The notes beneath the pieces are model-generated. The model was not told the DNA's origin, searched no databases, and worked only from the letters and a program-made list of their open reading frames with translations. The position numbers were made by a program, and so were the translations under genes. Shown here in pieces: positions 41,802-52,632 of a DNA stretch of 64,000 bases; the first letter of the stretch is position 1; each line of letters starts with the position of its first letter. The DNA lies in contig CBDBOV010000004.1 of assembly GCA_965208575.1 (NCBI GenBank), positions 1,312,001 through 1,376,000 on the forward strand, given 5' to 3'. This DNA comes from Spirochaetia bacterium (GTDB lineage: Bacteria > Spirochaetota > Spirochaetia > SZUA-6 > Bin103).

Positions 41802-44180
41802 ATGGAGCACCGGCAAATCATCCCCGCCGATACGGTTCTCCCGCCGAAGCTCATTATTCTGCCGCTGCACAACAGTCCCATGTTCCCCGGCGTCTTTACG
41901 CCGATGATGATCCCCGAGGGACGCGACGAACGGGTGGTGCGCAAAGCCCTCAATGGAGACGGTTGCGTCGGCCTCGTAATGCTCCGTGGCGGCGCCGCGG
42001 CGGAGCCGCAGCGTGGCGCCCAATACAAGCTCGCAGCGGACGATCTGCACGCCGTCGGCACGGCCGCAAAGATTGTCCGCAAGATCAACCTTCCGGATGG
42101 TGGAATCAACATTTTTCTGTCCACGCTGAAGCGCTTTCGGATTGCCAAGGTACTGTCTCCCGAGGCCCCCGTGACCGCCGCCGTAGAGTATCTGGACAGC
42201 AGCAACATGGAGTCGCTCGAAGTACGCGCTCTGACGCGCGCGCTGATCACCGAAATGAAGCAGATATCGGAGAACAATCCGCTGTTTTCGGAAGAAATGC
42301 GGCTCAACATGGTGAACATCGACGATCCCGGCAAGATTGCCGATTTCGTGGCCTCCATTCTGAACATTGACGGTGCCGAGAAGCAGAGCGTGCTGGACAC
42401 CCTGGACGTCCGCGAACGCATGGAGCGGGTGCTCGTGTTCATCAAGAAGGAACAGGAGCTGCTGCGCATCCAGAAGCGCATCCAGGACCAGCTCAACCAG
42501 AAAATCGAAAAGAGCCAGCGCGAGTATTTCCTCAAGGAGCAGTTGAAGGCGATCAAGACCGAGCTCGGCATGCCGGTCGATGCCAAGTCGAGCGAACACC
42601 AGCGCTTGTCGGAGGCGTTCGAGCGGCTTGAACTGCACGGCGAGGCACGCGAGCGGGTCGACGACGAGATGGAGAAGTTTGCGCTGATGGATCCGAGTTC
42701 GGCCGAGTTCGTCGTTACGCGCAATTACCTGGAGACGATTGCCGCGCTGCCCTGGCACGAACCCGATCCCAAGCTGGTCGATCTGGGCCGCGCCGAGCGC
42801 CGGTTGGAGCGCGATCACTACGGCCTCGAAGATGTCAAGGAGCGTGTCCTCGAGTATCTCGCGGTCGGCCGCCTGAAGGCCGGCAACGGAGCCGGCGTCT
42901 GGCGCGGTTCGATCATTTGCCTGGTCGGGCCGCCCGGCGTCGGCAAGACCTCGATCGGCAAGTCGATTGCCGGCGCGCTCGGCCGCGAGTTCTTCCGTTT
43001 CTCGGTCGGCGGCATGCGCGATGAGGCAGAGATCAAGGGCCACCGGCGCACCTACGTCGGCGCCATGCCGGGCAAGATCATACAAGGCTTGAAGATCGCC
43101 AAGGTGCGCGATCCCGTGTTCATGATCGATGAGATCGACAAGCTCGGAGCGTCGTTCCAGGGCGATCCCTCGTCGGCGCTGCTGGAGGTCCTGGACGGCG
43201 AGCAGAACCACGCGTTTCGGGACCACTATCTGGACCTGCCATTCGACATCTCTCCGGTCATGTTCATCGCCACCGCGAACACCGTGGACACCATTCCGGC
43301 GCCGTTGCTGGATCGCATGGAAGTGATTCGGTTGTCCGGCTACGTCGACCAGGAGAAGGTCAACATCGCTCGCCGCTATCTCATTCCCAAGTCGCTTGAG
43401 CGCACCGGAATCGGCAAGAATCAGATCAAGTACCAGGCCACCACGCTGCGCCATATCAGTCACGGTTGGGCACGCGAGGCGGGCGTCCGGAACTTCGAGA
43501 AGGCGCTCGACCGGATTCATCGCAAGGTGGCCAGGAAGATGATCACGGACGACCTCGAACTGCCGATCAGGATCACTCCGGAGCGGCTTGAGGATTTTCT
43601 CGGCAAGCCCGTCTTCGGTGATGAACAGCGCAACCGGATTACCGCGCCCGGCATGGTGATGGGACTGGCATGGACCGCTCTCGGCGGTGCCGTGCTGATG
43701 GTGGAAGCGGTCGCCAACGTTGGTCGCGGCGGCATCACCCTGACCGGAAAGATGGGCGAAGTGATGCAGGAGTCGGCCAACATCGCGTATTCCTTCGTGC
43801 GCTTGGCGGCGTCCCGGCACGGTGTTCGCGCCGACTACTTCGACAACCACAGAATCCACCTGCACATACCCGCCGGGGCGACGCCCAAGGACGGTCCGTC
43901 GGCGGGAATCACGATGGCGTGTGCACTGCTCTCCCTGGTAACCGGGAGACGGGTACGCCGGTCGCTGGCCATGACCGGCGAACTGTCGCTGGTCGGCAAG
44001 GTGCTGGCGGTCGGCGGACTGAAAGAGAAGGTCATTGCGGCGCGCCGCAACAAGGTGCGCGAAATCGTCTTTCCGAGCGGCAATTCCCGCGATCTCGACG
44101 AGATCGCGGACAACATCAAGAAGGGAATCGTGTTCACGCCGGTGGATTCCATGGACGACGTGGTCGAGCGCCTGTTTTGA
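41802..44180 (+). CDS. lon: ATP-dependent Lon protease
   Basis: [33 protein letters not shown]; promoter TTGACT-18-TAAGTT 7 nt before the ATG. Confidence 0.97.
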   Translation: MEHRQIIPADTVLPPKLIILPLHNSPMFPGVFTPMMIPEGRDERVVRKALNGDGCVGLVMLRGGAAAEPQRGAQYKLAADDLHAVGTAAKIVRKINLPDGGINIFLSTLKRFRIAKVLSPEAPVTAAVEYLDSSNMESLEVRALTRALITEMKQISENNPLFSEEMRLNMVNIDDPGKIADFVASILNIDGAEKQSVLDTLDVRERMERVLVFIKKEQELLRIQKRIQDQLNQKIEKSQREYFLKEQLKAIKTELGMPVDAKSSEHQRLSEAFERLELHGEARERVDDEMEKFALMDPSSAEFVVTRNYLETIAALPWHEPDPKLVDLGRAERRLERDHYGLEDVKERVLEYLAVGRLKAGNGAGVWRGSIICLVGPPGVGKTSIGKSIAGALGREFFRFSVGGMRDEAEIKGHRRTYVGAMPGKIIQGLKIAKVRDPVFMIDEIDKLGASFQGDPSSALLEVLDGEQNHAFRDHYLDLPFDISPVMFIATANTVDTIPAPLLDRMEVIRLSGYVDQEKVNIARRYLIPKSLERTGIGKNQIKYQATTLRHISHGWAREAGVRNFEKALDRIHRKVARKMITDDLELPIRITPERLEDFLGKPVFGDEQRNRITAPGMVMGLAWTALGGAVLMVEAVANVGRGGITLTGKMGEVMQESANIAYSFVRLAASRHGVRADYFDNHRIHLHIPAGATPKDGPSAGITMACALLSLVTGRRVRRSLAMTGELSLVGKVLAVGGLKEKVIAARRNKVREIVFPSGNSRDLDEIADNIKKGIVFTPVDSMDDVVERLF

Positions 44181-44242
44181 GCCGCTTGCAAGGCTGCCGG
44201 TGGCCGCTCGCAACCGGCGGCGGCACGCGGCGGCGCGCTCGC

Positions 44243-45070
44243 GTGCAACCGCGGTTCGGCTACCGGCTGCCCGGCCCGGGCGTGGCGCTGTGCCTGCTGC
44301 TGGCCGGGTGCGGAGCTTCGTCGGAGCCGGCGGCGCCGCCGGTCCATCCCGACTTCTCGATCACGGCGCCGGAGCTGGACCAGGTGCTGGAGCAGCTCGA
44401 GCCGGCAACCGCGGCCGGCATCCGTTCACAGCGCCAGGTGTTTCTCGACCTGGTGGCGCAGATGCTGGCCGCCGACCGGTCGTTCCGCGTGCTGGTCGAC
44501 AAGCAGCACCCGCTGCCGAAGGAGTATGCGCCCACCGACCTGGTCACGCTCGACAGCTATTCGATCACCATCAGCCGGGCCGGCCATCGCCTGTCCCGGC
44601 GCGTCCTGCCCGACCTCCTGGCAATGGTCGAGGCGGCGCGCATCGACGGTATCGAGTTGATGGTATCTTCCGCCTACCGCTCGTTCGATTACCAGGCGGG
44701 CTTGTACCAGCGGCACGTGGACCGGATCGGGCGCGAGGCGGCAGACCTGGTGTCGGCCCGCCCCGGCCACTCCCAGCATCAGTTGGGCACCGCGATCGAC
44801 TTCGGCTCCATTTCCGATGGCTACGGCGAGACCGCCAACGGGCGCTGGGTGGCACGGCACGCCTGGCGGTTCGGGTTCTCCCTCTCCTACCCGCGCGGCG
44901 CAACCGAAGCGACCGGCTACAACTACGAACCGTGGCACTTCCGCTACATCGGGCGCGTCGGCACGCGCCTGGAACGCGAATTTTTCGGCGGCCAGCAGCA
45001 ACTGTTCCTGGAGTTCCTCGCCGCCTGGGAGCCGTGGTTCGCGGAGCGCCGCGGCACCGCCCGGCGCTGA
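44243..45070 (+). CDS. M15B D-Ala-D-Ala carboxypeptidase lipoprotein (VanY/DacB-like); start uncertain
   Basis: Lipobox LLAGC; SAYRS..YQ, SQHQLGTAID, YEPWHFRY. Confidence 0.88.
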   Translation: MQPRFGYRLPGPGVALCLLLAGCGASSEPAAPPVHPDFSITAPELDQVLEQLEPATAAGIRSQRQVFLDLVAQMLAADRSFRVLVDKQHPLPKEYAPTDLVTLDSYSITISRAGHRLSRRVLPDLLAMVEAARIDGIELMVSSAYRSFDYQAGLYQRHVDRIGREAADLVSARPGHSQHQLGTAIDFGSISDGYGETANGRWVARHAWRFGFSLSYPRGATEATGYNYEPWHFRYIGRVGTRLEREFFGGQQQLFLEFLAAWEPWFAERRGTARR

Positions 45071-45152
45071 CGGTTCGCGGCGACACTGCGAGCGCATGCG
45101 AGCGGCGCGACGCCGGGGTCCACCACGGGCCGGCCGCGCGCGCGGGAACCGG

Positions 45153-45803
45153 TCAGCCCGGCCTGCGCGGCTTGCCCGACCTGCCGGCGAGCTGATCGGC
45201 GGAGATGGCGAGAGCGCCGGCACGCACGACGCGCGCCGGCGACACGGTGGCATCGACCACCGTGGAAGGCTGTGCCGCGGACGGCGGCCCATCGTAGACC
45301 AGCAGGTCGGCGGCGGCCCCGAACGCGCGCTGCAGGGCGTCACGGTCGCGCAGCGGCGGCTCGCCGGCCCGGTTGGCGCTGGTCGAGTAGATCGGCCTGC
45401 CCACCTCGGCCGCGATCGCCCGCAGCGCCGGGTCGCCGGGCACCCGAACGCCGAGCGTCGTCACGCCCAGGCCGCGGCCGCAGCGTGCCACCACCGGCAG
45501 CACGATGGTCAGCGGTCCGGGCCACAGCGCGGCCAGCGCGGGCGGTGGCGCGGTGCCGGTCACGGCCTCCGCACCGGCGGCGTCGGCCACCAGCACCAGC
45601 ATCCGCCGCGCCTCGTCGCGGCCCTTCAGTTCCGCGAGTCGAGTGCCGGTGTCGGGCGCCACGCCGTGCAGCCCATACACCGTGTCGGTGCGCATGACGA
45701 CGATGCCGCGCCGCTGCAGCACGGCGCATATTTCCGCGTGGCGCGGATGATGCGCGTGATGCGCATGATGCGCGTGATGCGGGTGGTGCGCGGCTGGGGA
45801 CAT
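45153..45803 (-). CDS. tsaC: L-threonylcarbamoyladenylate synthase (Sua5/YrdC)
   Basis: TDTVYGL, KGR, WPGPLT, STSAN, PSTVVD; His-rich N-terminus. Confidence 0.9.
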   Translation of the reverse strand: MSPAAHHPHHAHHAHHAHHPRHAEICAVLQRRGIVVMRTDTVYGLHGVAPDTGTRLAELKGRDEARRMLVLVADAAGAEAVTGTAPPPALAALWPGPLTIVLPVVARCGRGLGVTTLGVRVPGDPALRAIAAEVGRPIYSTSANRAGEPPLRDRDALQRAFGAAADLLVYDGPPSAAQPSTVVDATVSPARVVRAGALAISADQLAGRSGKPRRPG

Positions 45804-45811
45804 GCGGCGGG

Positions 45812-46555
45812 CTACAACCGGTAGACCGTTACGTCTCGCCGGCGGCGGCGCGCCCTTCTGCGCCGTCCCGCGGGTTCCGCCTCCGCCTCGCCGCCGGGCG
45901 CGGCCTTGGCCGGCGCTTGGTCATTCTGGCGCGCGCGCGACTCGCCGGTGGCGGACGGCCGCGAAGGGGAGGGATCGGTCGCCTCCCGCGCCGGCGCCGG
46001 GGGGTGCGGCCGGTCGCCGCGGCCGGATGCCGCCCCGGCGTGAGCGCGCCGCCGGAACGCGCGCAGCATGCTGAGCATGGCAAAGGAGCCGGCGCCGAGG
46101 CACAGGCCCAGGGCCAGGGCGTTGAACGGTTCGCGAGGCGCCGGCGGCGTGTGTTGCAGCAGTGGAGCCACGCCCGCAAATTCGCTCCCGGAACGCGGGC
46201 CGGACGCGGCGGTGGGGTCGACCGGCACCGGTCCCACCTCGATGACCGTCTCGCCGGGCCGGAAATACCCGCTCTCGCGCGCCAGCAGCCGCAGTGCCTC
46301 CGGGTTGTCGCGCAGCACGGCGACGCGCTGCTGCAGACTCCGGTGCCGATCCTGCAGCGCCATGATGCCGTCGGACACGTGCGCCTGGTACGCGCGCAGG
46401 TCGTGGTAGTTGGACAACCCGGAGGCGCCGAACAGGAACGACAGCACGATGGCGATCACGAGACCGGCAACGGTGCAGTAGAACAACCGCGGGACACTCA
46501 CCTCACCTCTAGCCACGGCACCTTGCCGCGACTTCTTGAACGGCATCGGCATCAA
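45812..46555 (-). CDS. Septum formation initiator family protein (FtsB/DivIC-like)
   Basis: TM helix, coiled coil, then LARESGY.RPGE. Confidence 0.7.
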   Translation of the reverse strand: MMPMPFKKSRQGAVARGEVSVPRLFYCTVAGLVIAIVLSFLFGASGLSNYHDLRAYQAHVSDGIMALQDRHRSLQQRVAVLRDNPEALRLLARESGYFRPGETVIEVGPVPVDPTAASGPRSGSEFAGVAPLLQHTPPAPREPFNALALGLCLGAGSFAMLSMLRAFRRRAHAGAASGRGDRPHPPAPAREATDPSPSRPSATGESRARQNDQAPAKAAPGGEAEAEPAGRRRRARRRRRDVTVYRL

Positions 46556-46595
46556 CTACCGTAGCAGGAGGCCGATACTCAATGTGAGGGATTCA

Positions 46596-47807
46596 ATGGA
46601 GCAGAATACGCGCCCGGCGCCTGACAATGATCTGGAAGCCTACGGCGACTGGGTGACGGTCGATTCGGCCGCACCACCGGCGGCCGCGGTCCGGCAGCCC
46701 CCGGCAGCGACCGCGGACGTGGACACCGCAGCGGAACTGACCGGCGCCGAGGAGGAATTCCTCGGTCGACTGAGCGATGCCGACCACGCGGCCGCCGGAG
46801 CGTTCGCGCGCGATGCCGGCCACCCGGCGCACAACGGCAACGGCAACGGGGAGGCAGAGACCGGAATCGGTCACCCCGGAGCGCACGCCGGCGGCCCGGC
46901 CGCGGGCGATACGCCCGCCACGCCATTCGCCGATGAGCCGACCCGGTCGCCGGGTCCGGCACGGTCACCGGGCAGCGCCGGCCGCCCGGCTCTTGCGGAC
47001 CAGCCACCGCCATCGGACCGGGTCGCGCTGGCCGCGGGCGCTGCCGCATCGGCTGCCTACCCCGGCGCGGCCGGCGGAGCCGGCCGGGCTGGAATTGCCG
47101 CGTCGGCCGTGCCGGCGCCGCCGCCCGCGGTGGTACCGGCGCCGCTGCCGGCCGTGCCCGCGCCCGCGCCGGTGCGGCCGCGTGCCGTCGTCAACGCGGA
47201 CCACGCAGCCGCGCCGGCGAACGCCGCGGCAGACCCGCCGGCGCCGCCGAAGGAGCAGGCGCCCGAGGCCGGCGGCGGCCAACTGGCAGACCTGGATCGG
47301 CGGGTGGCCGCCCTGGAGAGACGGGTTGCCGCGCTGGCCGCGGACAGCGGCGCAATCGCCGCTCGCGCCGGTCTGTTGCAAGCGGGCGGCGACCCGGGCG
47401 AAGTGCAGGTCTCGATCGAGGAACTCGACGGCGAACCGGCGGACGAAGCCGCCGGTCCCGGGGCGCAGGCGGCCGACGCGGCGCCCGCGGCAGCGGCATC
47501 CGACAGCCAGCTCGCGCCCATGATCCGGCTGGTACCGATCGACGAGGAAGACGAACACGCCGCCCACCTGCCGGCCGAAGGCGAAGCGGAGGCCTCGGCG
47601 GGCGCAGCGGCGACAGCGGGCGAGCCGCCGCCTGAGGCAGCTCCGGCGCCGCCCGACGACTCGTTCCGCAACGACGTCCGCGAAGTACTCCGCTATCTCG
47701 ACCAGTTGCTCGACGATCTGCCGCCGGAGCGGGTGCGCGAGTTCGCCCAGTCGGCACACTTCGCCACCTACAAGGCTCTGTTCACGGAACTGGGCCTGGA
47801 CGAGTAG
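46596..47807 (+). CDS. Hypothetical Ala/Pro/acidic low-complexity protein with a helical C-terminus
   Basis: YGDWV N-terminal motif; VLRYLDQLLDDLP...FAQS.HF.TYK.LF.ELGL C-terminal motif. Confidence 0.65.
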   Translation: MEQNTRPAPDNDLEAYGDWVTVDSAAPPAAAVRQPPAATADVDTAAELTGAEEEFLGRLSDADHAAAGAFARDAGHPAHNGNGNGEAETGIGHPGAHAGGPAAGDTPATPFADEPTRSPGPARSPGSAGRPALADQPPPSDRVALAAGAAASAAYPGAAGGAGRAGIAASAVPAPPPAVVPAPLPAVPAPAPVRPRAVVNADHAAAPANAAADPPAPPKEQAPEAGGGQLADLDRRVAALERRVAALAADSGAIAARAGLLQAGGDPGEVQVSIEELDGEPADEAAGPGAQAADAAPAAAASDSQLAPMIRLVPIDEEDEHAAHLPAEGEAEASAGAAATAGEPPPEAAPAPPDDSFRNDVREVLRYLDQLLDDLPPERVREFAQSAHFATYKALFTELGLDE

Positions 47808-47819
47808 CGCGAAACCGGA

Positions 47820-48929
47820 ATGGGGCAAGAACCAATGCGTAACCGGCAACACACCCGCCTGATCCGACTGTTCGGCATCGCCGCGACCGGGTTCCTGGTG
47901 TTCCTGGTGTGCCTGCTGGCGATACGCGTGTACGTGGCACGCGAAGCCGGCGGGCGCACCGCCGCCAGCCACTTCGAGTTGCTGCACCGGGAACTGGCCG
48001 ACGTGTACGTGGCCAACGGCAGCGTGCAGTCGCCGGTATTCCGGGAGAAGGTTGCGGCGCTGGAGGGCGAGGCCGGGCTGGTGGCGTTGCTGCTGCGCGG
48101 GCCGGAGGGCGTGCGCTACGCGTTCGACAACACCTGGGAGATCGTGAAGCTCGCGGGCGGCAAGCTGGATGAGTTGCGCGTCCCGAGCCTGCACGCGGAG
48201 TACTCCAGTGCGTTCCCGGCCGAGCCGGCTACCGTTCTGACCGCGGTGTATCGCCTGGTCACCCGCGACCATGCGTTCCGCATCGTGCGGGACGCGCTGT
48301 TCCTGGTGATCGCGTTCCTGCTCGCCTGTGCCATAGCGCTGCTGCTCATCATTACCCTGACGCCGCAACGCGCGTCCGAGGACAACACCCCGTGGCCGAA
48401 CGGCCCCTTGGGTGAGGACGTCGAAGTCGAAGCCTCGCCGCCGGCGGCCGCCGTGCACATCACCGTGCTCGAACCGCAGGAGGCGCTTGGCGACCGTTTG
48501 CGCGGCGAACTGGAACGCGCCACGGCGTTCGGCACCGATCTCAGCCTGGCGCTGGGCGTGCTGTTGGCGGCGGACGCCACCACCGACGACAGTTCCGCAC
48601 GGCTCGCCGGGCTGGTGCGCGAACTTGCCGTGCTGCCCGAGCTGGCGTTCGCCTACGGCGCCAGCGGCTTCGCGCTGATCCTGCCGGAAACCAACCTGGA
48701 TACCGCGATTGCGCAACTGGAGCGATGGCGGCGGGCCGCCCTTGACGCCGGCCTGTTCGTGGCGATCGGGATCGGCGACCGCGCCGGGCGCGACCTGGAC
48801 GGCCAGCGGCTGCAACTGGAGGTGGAGCACGCCCTCGGGCGCGCCATGGCGAGCGGAGGCCACAACCTCGTTGCCTTCCGGGCCGACCCGCAGCGCTACC
48901 GCGTCCTGCAGGCAGCCGCGCGCCACTAA
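47820..48929 (+). CDS. Membrane protein with degenerate GGDEF-like domain
   Basis: Two TM helices; L..ELERA...DLSL; YGASGFALILPET in place of GG(D/E)EF. Confidence 0.65.
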   Translation: MGQEPMRNRQHTRLIRLFGIAATGFLVFLVCLLAIRVYVAREAGGRTAASHFELLHRELADVYVANGSVQSPVFREKVAALEGEAGLVALLLRGPEGVRYAFDNTWEIVKLAGGKLDELRVPSLHAEYSSAFPAEPATVLTAVYRLVTRDHAFRIVRDALFLVIAFLLACAIALLLIITLTPQRASEDNTPWPNGPLGEDVEVEASPPAAAVHITVLEPQEALGDRLRGELERATAFGTDLSLALGVLLAADATTDDSSARLAGLVRELAVLPELAFAYGASGFALILPETNLDTAIAQLERWRRAALDAGLFVAIGIGDRAGRDLDGQRLQLEVEHALGRAMASGGHNLVAFRADPQRYRVLQAAARH

Positions 48930-48948
48930 CAGCCGGGCCGGGCGGGCG

Positions 48949-49875
48949 TCAGTCCCGGAACGGGATCGACAGTTCCTGCAGATCGCGGGTCAGGAACGAG
49001 CCGGAGAACTCCCGCCGCGCCTCGCGCAGCAATTGCTTGAGATCGCGCTCCGTGTAGCGTGGGCTGTAGTGAATCAGTCCCATCCGGCGCACCCCTGCCA
49101 CGCGGGCGAGCGCGCCGGCCTGGCGCGCGGTGAGGTGCTTCTTGTCGCGCGCGCTGTCGCGCAGATCCTGGGAGAACATGCCCTCGCAGATCATCAGGTC
49201 GGCATCCGCCACGAACCGGTCGAGGCCGCCCACCATCGCCGTATCGGTAATGAACGCGAACTTGCGCCCCGGGCGGGCGGCCCCCATCACCTGCGCCGAC
49301 TCGATCACGCGGCCGTCGCCCAAGGTGACCGGTTGGCCGCCCTGCAGCCGGCCCCACAGCGGGCCGCGCGGCACGCCCAGCTCCTCGGCGCGTTCCGGAT
49401 GAAACTCGCCGGGCCGATCGTGCTCCACCAGCGTATAGCCGAGACACGGTTTCGAATGACGCAGGCGGCAGGCGTGCACCTCGTAGCCGTCGCCGGCAGC
49501 CAGCCGGCCGCTGTCGAATGTTTCGTGAATGACGATTTCGTAGTCGATGTAGATGTCGAGAATGCGCAGGCTGTGCTCGATGTAGGCGCGTACGCGCGGC
49601 GGCCCGTACACGTGCAGCGGCTCGCTGCGCTCCACCTGCGCGGAAAGCGACAGCATGCCCGGCAGTCCGGTGACGTGATCGGCGTGGGTGTGGGAGATGA
49701 AGATGTGCGAGATCTTCTTCCAGCGCAGACCGAGGCGGCGGAACGCGATCTGCGTCGCCTCCCCGCAGTCGAACAGGAACAGCTCACCCTCGCGGCGCAC
49801 CAGCACCGACGTAAGGCCGCGCCCCGGCAGCGGCATCATGCCGCCGGTGCCCAGAATAAACACCTCAATGTTCAT
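48949..49875 (-). CDS. rnz: Ribonuclease Z
   Basis: LGTGGMMP, DCGEATQ, SHTHADH, exosite P.GP.WG.L, HYSPRY. Confidence 0.95.
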   Translation of the reverse strand: MNIEVFILGTGGMMPLPGRGLTSVLVRREGELFLFDCGEATQIAFRRLGLRWKKISHIFISHTHADHVTGLPGMLSLSAQVERSEPLHVYGPPRVRAYIEHSLRILDIYIDYEIVIHETFDSGRLAAGDGYEVHACRLRHSKPCLGYTLVEHDRPGEFHPERAEELGVPRGPLWGRLQGGQPVTLGDGRVIESAQVMGAARPGRKFAFITDTAMVGGLDRFVADADLMICEGMFSQDLRDSARDKKHLTARQAGALARVAGVRRMGLIHYSPRYTERDLKQLLREARREFSGSFLTRDLQELSIPFRD

Positions 49876-50155
49876 GGCGAATAGTCAGAAAATACCCGAA
49901 AGGCCGAATCGAGCCGCCCGAGTATACCGATCCCACCCTCCCGCCGACAACCTTGACCGGTCGGCGCGGTCGGCGCGTGTCGGCGCGGCGGCGCCTGGCT
50001 TCGTCGTCAGCGGTGGCGACCGCCGACTACGCGACCGTCGGTGCAGACGATCTCCCGGTTGCGTGCGCCCTGCTCCTCCGACACCAGCTCCGGTCGCTGC
50101 CCGTCCGCCCGCGCGCCGCGGACGGGTTCCCGCACGATTCGCACGCGCACGCCGC

Positions 50156-50926
50156 TCAGCGCGTCTTCGGTACCACGAGCATGCGCGGGCGGCGCTGCTC
50201 TGCGACCTTGAACAGCGAGAATGTCTGGTTGACGTAGTTGACCACACTCGCGATGTGTGCGAGGTAGGCTTCGAGCTCCGGCGTGCGTGCGGCTTCGACC
50301 AACTGGATCGGCCGGTCCGGCGGCAGCGTCTCGAACTGGCAGTAGAACAACGGCTCGCCGCGCGAGAGCCGCAAGGTCTTGCCGGTATCGTGCCATTCGA
50401 ACGCCCACATCAGCGGACGCGGCCAGACGTCGATCGGAAAGCGGCCGCCGAAAATGGTGCCCGGCCACGGCTCCGGCCGGTAGTGCATGAACGGGGCGAC
50501 CTGTGCCAGATAGACCGGTTCGTCGGCGACGAACACGTAAGGCAGCGACATCTGGATGGTCGGGCGGTCGGCATGGCGCCACTCCGCCTCGTCGACGAGG
50601 TGCAGCACCGATGCGAGCTTGTTCATCCGCACCGGGGAGCGCCCGCCGAGGAGGTTGCGCAGCCCCGGCCTGCCTTCCTTGCCGCGCACGAAGGAAAGGT
50701 GCAGGTCGAACGGGCACTTGACCTCGAAGTAGCGGCTCTCCAGATTGATGACCGCCGGACACCGCGACGCGGACTTCGCGTGACGCCGGTTGATCTCCGC
50801 GGAACGGACGCGCACCGGCGCGTCGTAGATTACCCCGCCGCGCTCCTCGGTCAGCAACCACCCGATCTTGGCCGGTCCCGACGCGGGCGCGTCATCCGGG
50901 ACCGAGTGCGTAACGCGAATCTCCAT
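50156..50926 (-). CDS. Hypothetical protein (possible dUTPase-like beta-fold, DUF6065-like)
   Basis: RCPAV motif, W.RP, L.RGEPL..; coding-like codon bias. Confidence 0.6.
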   Translation of the reverse strand: MEIRVTHSVPDDAPASGPAKIGWLLTEERGGVIYDAPVRVRSAEINRRHAKSASRCPAVINLESRYFEVKCPFDLHLSFVRGKEGRPGLRNLLGGRSPVRMNKLASVLHLVDEAEWRHADRPTIQMSLPYVFVADEPVYLAQVAPFMHYRPEPWPGTIFGGRFPIDVWPRPLMWAFEWHDTGKTLRLSRGEPLFYCQFETLPPDRPIQLVEAARTPELEAYLAHIASVVNYVNQTFSLFKVAEQRRPRMLVVPKTR

Positions 50927-51215
50927 GCTGACTCATACCTCTGATCGCGCGATTCCCGAAACCGACCGAATCGGCCTCGACGAAACGTGATCCGTCCACC
51001 GGCGCACCGCCGCGCCGGGTGGCAACGCCGAACCGGCAACCGTGACTCCGGCAGCAGAGTAGCCTTCCTGCCCTCGTACATCAATACAACGCATTGACTC
51101 ATCGAAAATCTAACCGTAGCGAAAGCATGCCTCATCTAAAAATCTAACCGAACGGGCTGGACCTTCCGGGTCCGGTTGGAGCCTCTCCGAGGGACGTGAG
51201 GAGGTTCCGGAGGAG

Positions 51216-52490
51216 ATGGGGTTGAAGATGAGTTCAAGGCGAGAGCTCACCGAGCAGCACGCGCAGCGGTATCGTCGGGCGGGCAAGAAGGAGAAGGGGC
51301 GCATACTCGACGAGTTCGTCGAGTCGACCGGGTACCAGCGCAAGTACGCGATCCATCTGTTGACCTGGTGGGGACGGACCCGCATGGTGCGAGTCGACGG
51401 CACACTGGTGAAGCTGGTGGTCGGGCGTCCGCGGCCTGCCCAGCGCCGCGTGCGACCGCGGCGCTACGACCAGGAGGTGCTGGTCGCTCTGAAGCTGATC
51501 TGGTACGTGTTCGACTGCATGTGCGGCAAGCGCCTGGTGGTCGTGCTGCGCACCATGCTGCCGACGCTGGAGTCGTTCGGCGAGATCGAGCTGACCGCAG
51601 CGGTGCGCGGCAAGCTGCAGACCATCAGCGCCGCGACCATCGACCGGCTGCTGCAGCAGGAGCGCGCACGGCTGCGCCTGAAGGGTCGCACGCACACCAA
51701 GCCGGGCACCCTCCTGAAGGATCAGATCGCGATCCGAACCTTCGCTGACTGGGACGAGCAGGAGCCGGGCTTCTTCGAGATCGACTTGGTGGGCCATGAA
51801 GGCGGCAACGCGTCAGGCGACTTCTGCCACACGCTCACCATCACCGACGTTGACACCGGCTGGGTCGACCTGTACGGCGTGCAGAACAAGGCGCAGCGCT
51901 GGACCCACGAGGCGATCGACGCTGCCCGGCAGAGCCTGCCGATCGTGATGCGGGGGATCGACACCGACAACGGCAGCGAGTTCATCAATCATCATTTGCT
52001 GCGCTATTGCGAAGCGCACGGCATCACGTTCACTCGGGGTCGCCCGCATCGCAAGAACGACACCTGCTACGTCGAGCAGAAGAATGGCCACGTGGTGCGA
52101 CGGGCGGTCGGCCACCTGCGTTACGACACCGACCGGGAACTGGCTGCCCTCAACGCGATATACCGCCCGCTGTGCCTGCTGGTGAACTTCTTCTATCCCT
52201 CGGTGAAGCTGGTGAAGAAAACCCGCACCGGCAGCAAGGTGCGCCGCATCTATGACGACCCGCAGACGCCGTATCACCGCATGCTGGCCTCCGAGTCGGT
52301 GAGCGAGAAGGTGAAGAACCGCCTCAAGCAGCAGTACGCGACGTTGAATCCGGTCGCCCTCAAGCGCGAGCTGACCAGGTTGACCGAGGATCTGCTGCAG
52401 CTGAACGTCAGCAAGACCGCCAAGGCCGCACCAAGCACGGTGCAAACACCGAGCGAGGAGCGTGGTGGCAGCGGTCGCACGGCAAAATGA
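51216..52490 (+). CDS. DDE (rve/integrase-core) transposase, ISNCY-like
   Basis: RY..A.KKEKGRILDEF N-terminus; EIDLVGH, IDTDNGSEF, VEQKN catalytic D-D-E. Confidence 0.9.
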   Translation: MGLKMSSRRELTEQHAQRYRRAGKKEKGRILDEFVESTGYQRKYAIHLLTWWGRTRMVRVDGTLVKLVVGRPRPAQRRVRPRRYDQEVLVALKLIWYVFDCMCGKRLVVVLRTMLPTLESFGEIELTAAVRGKLQTISAATIDRLLQQERARLRLKGRTHTKPGTLLKDQIAIRTFADWDEQEPGFFEIDLVGHEGGNASGDFCHTLTITDVDTGWVDLYGVQNKAQRWTHEAIDAARQSLPIVMRGIDTDNGSEFINHHLLRYCEAHGITFTRGRPHRKNDTCYVEQKNGHVVRRAVGHLRYDTDRELAALNAIYRPLCLLVNFFYPSVKLVKKTRTGSKVRRIYDDPQTPYHRMLASESVSEKVKNRLKQQYATLNPVALKRELTRLTEDLLQLNVSKTAKAAPSTVQTPSEERGGSGRTAK

Positions 52491-52614
52491 CCCTCTCAGG
52501 CGGGTCTGACGGTCGATAATCGGAGAATGGGCGGTCAGCGATGAGAAAACGTCGCCTCAGCCGCGCTGTAAGGCCCCTCCACGACACGAGGTGGTGTCTG
52601 GATACCCCCGTGTC
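52480..52614 (+). repeat. Diverged direct repeat, copy A
   Basis: Shares GGCAAA(A)TGAC...GTCGCCTCAGCCGCGCTGTAAGGCC...GACACGAGGTGGTGTCTGGA...CCCCGTGTC with 54455..54586. Confidence 0.85.
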
Positions 52615-52632
52615 TATGCATAACCATGCAAT

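Noticed and set aside
47820-48929. Active diguanylate cyclase
   Set aside because: The GG(D/E)EF motif is replaced by GASGF.
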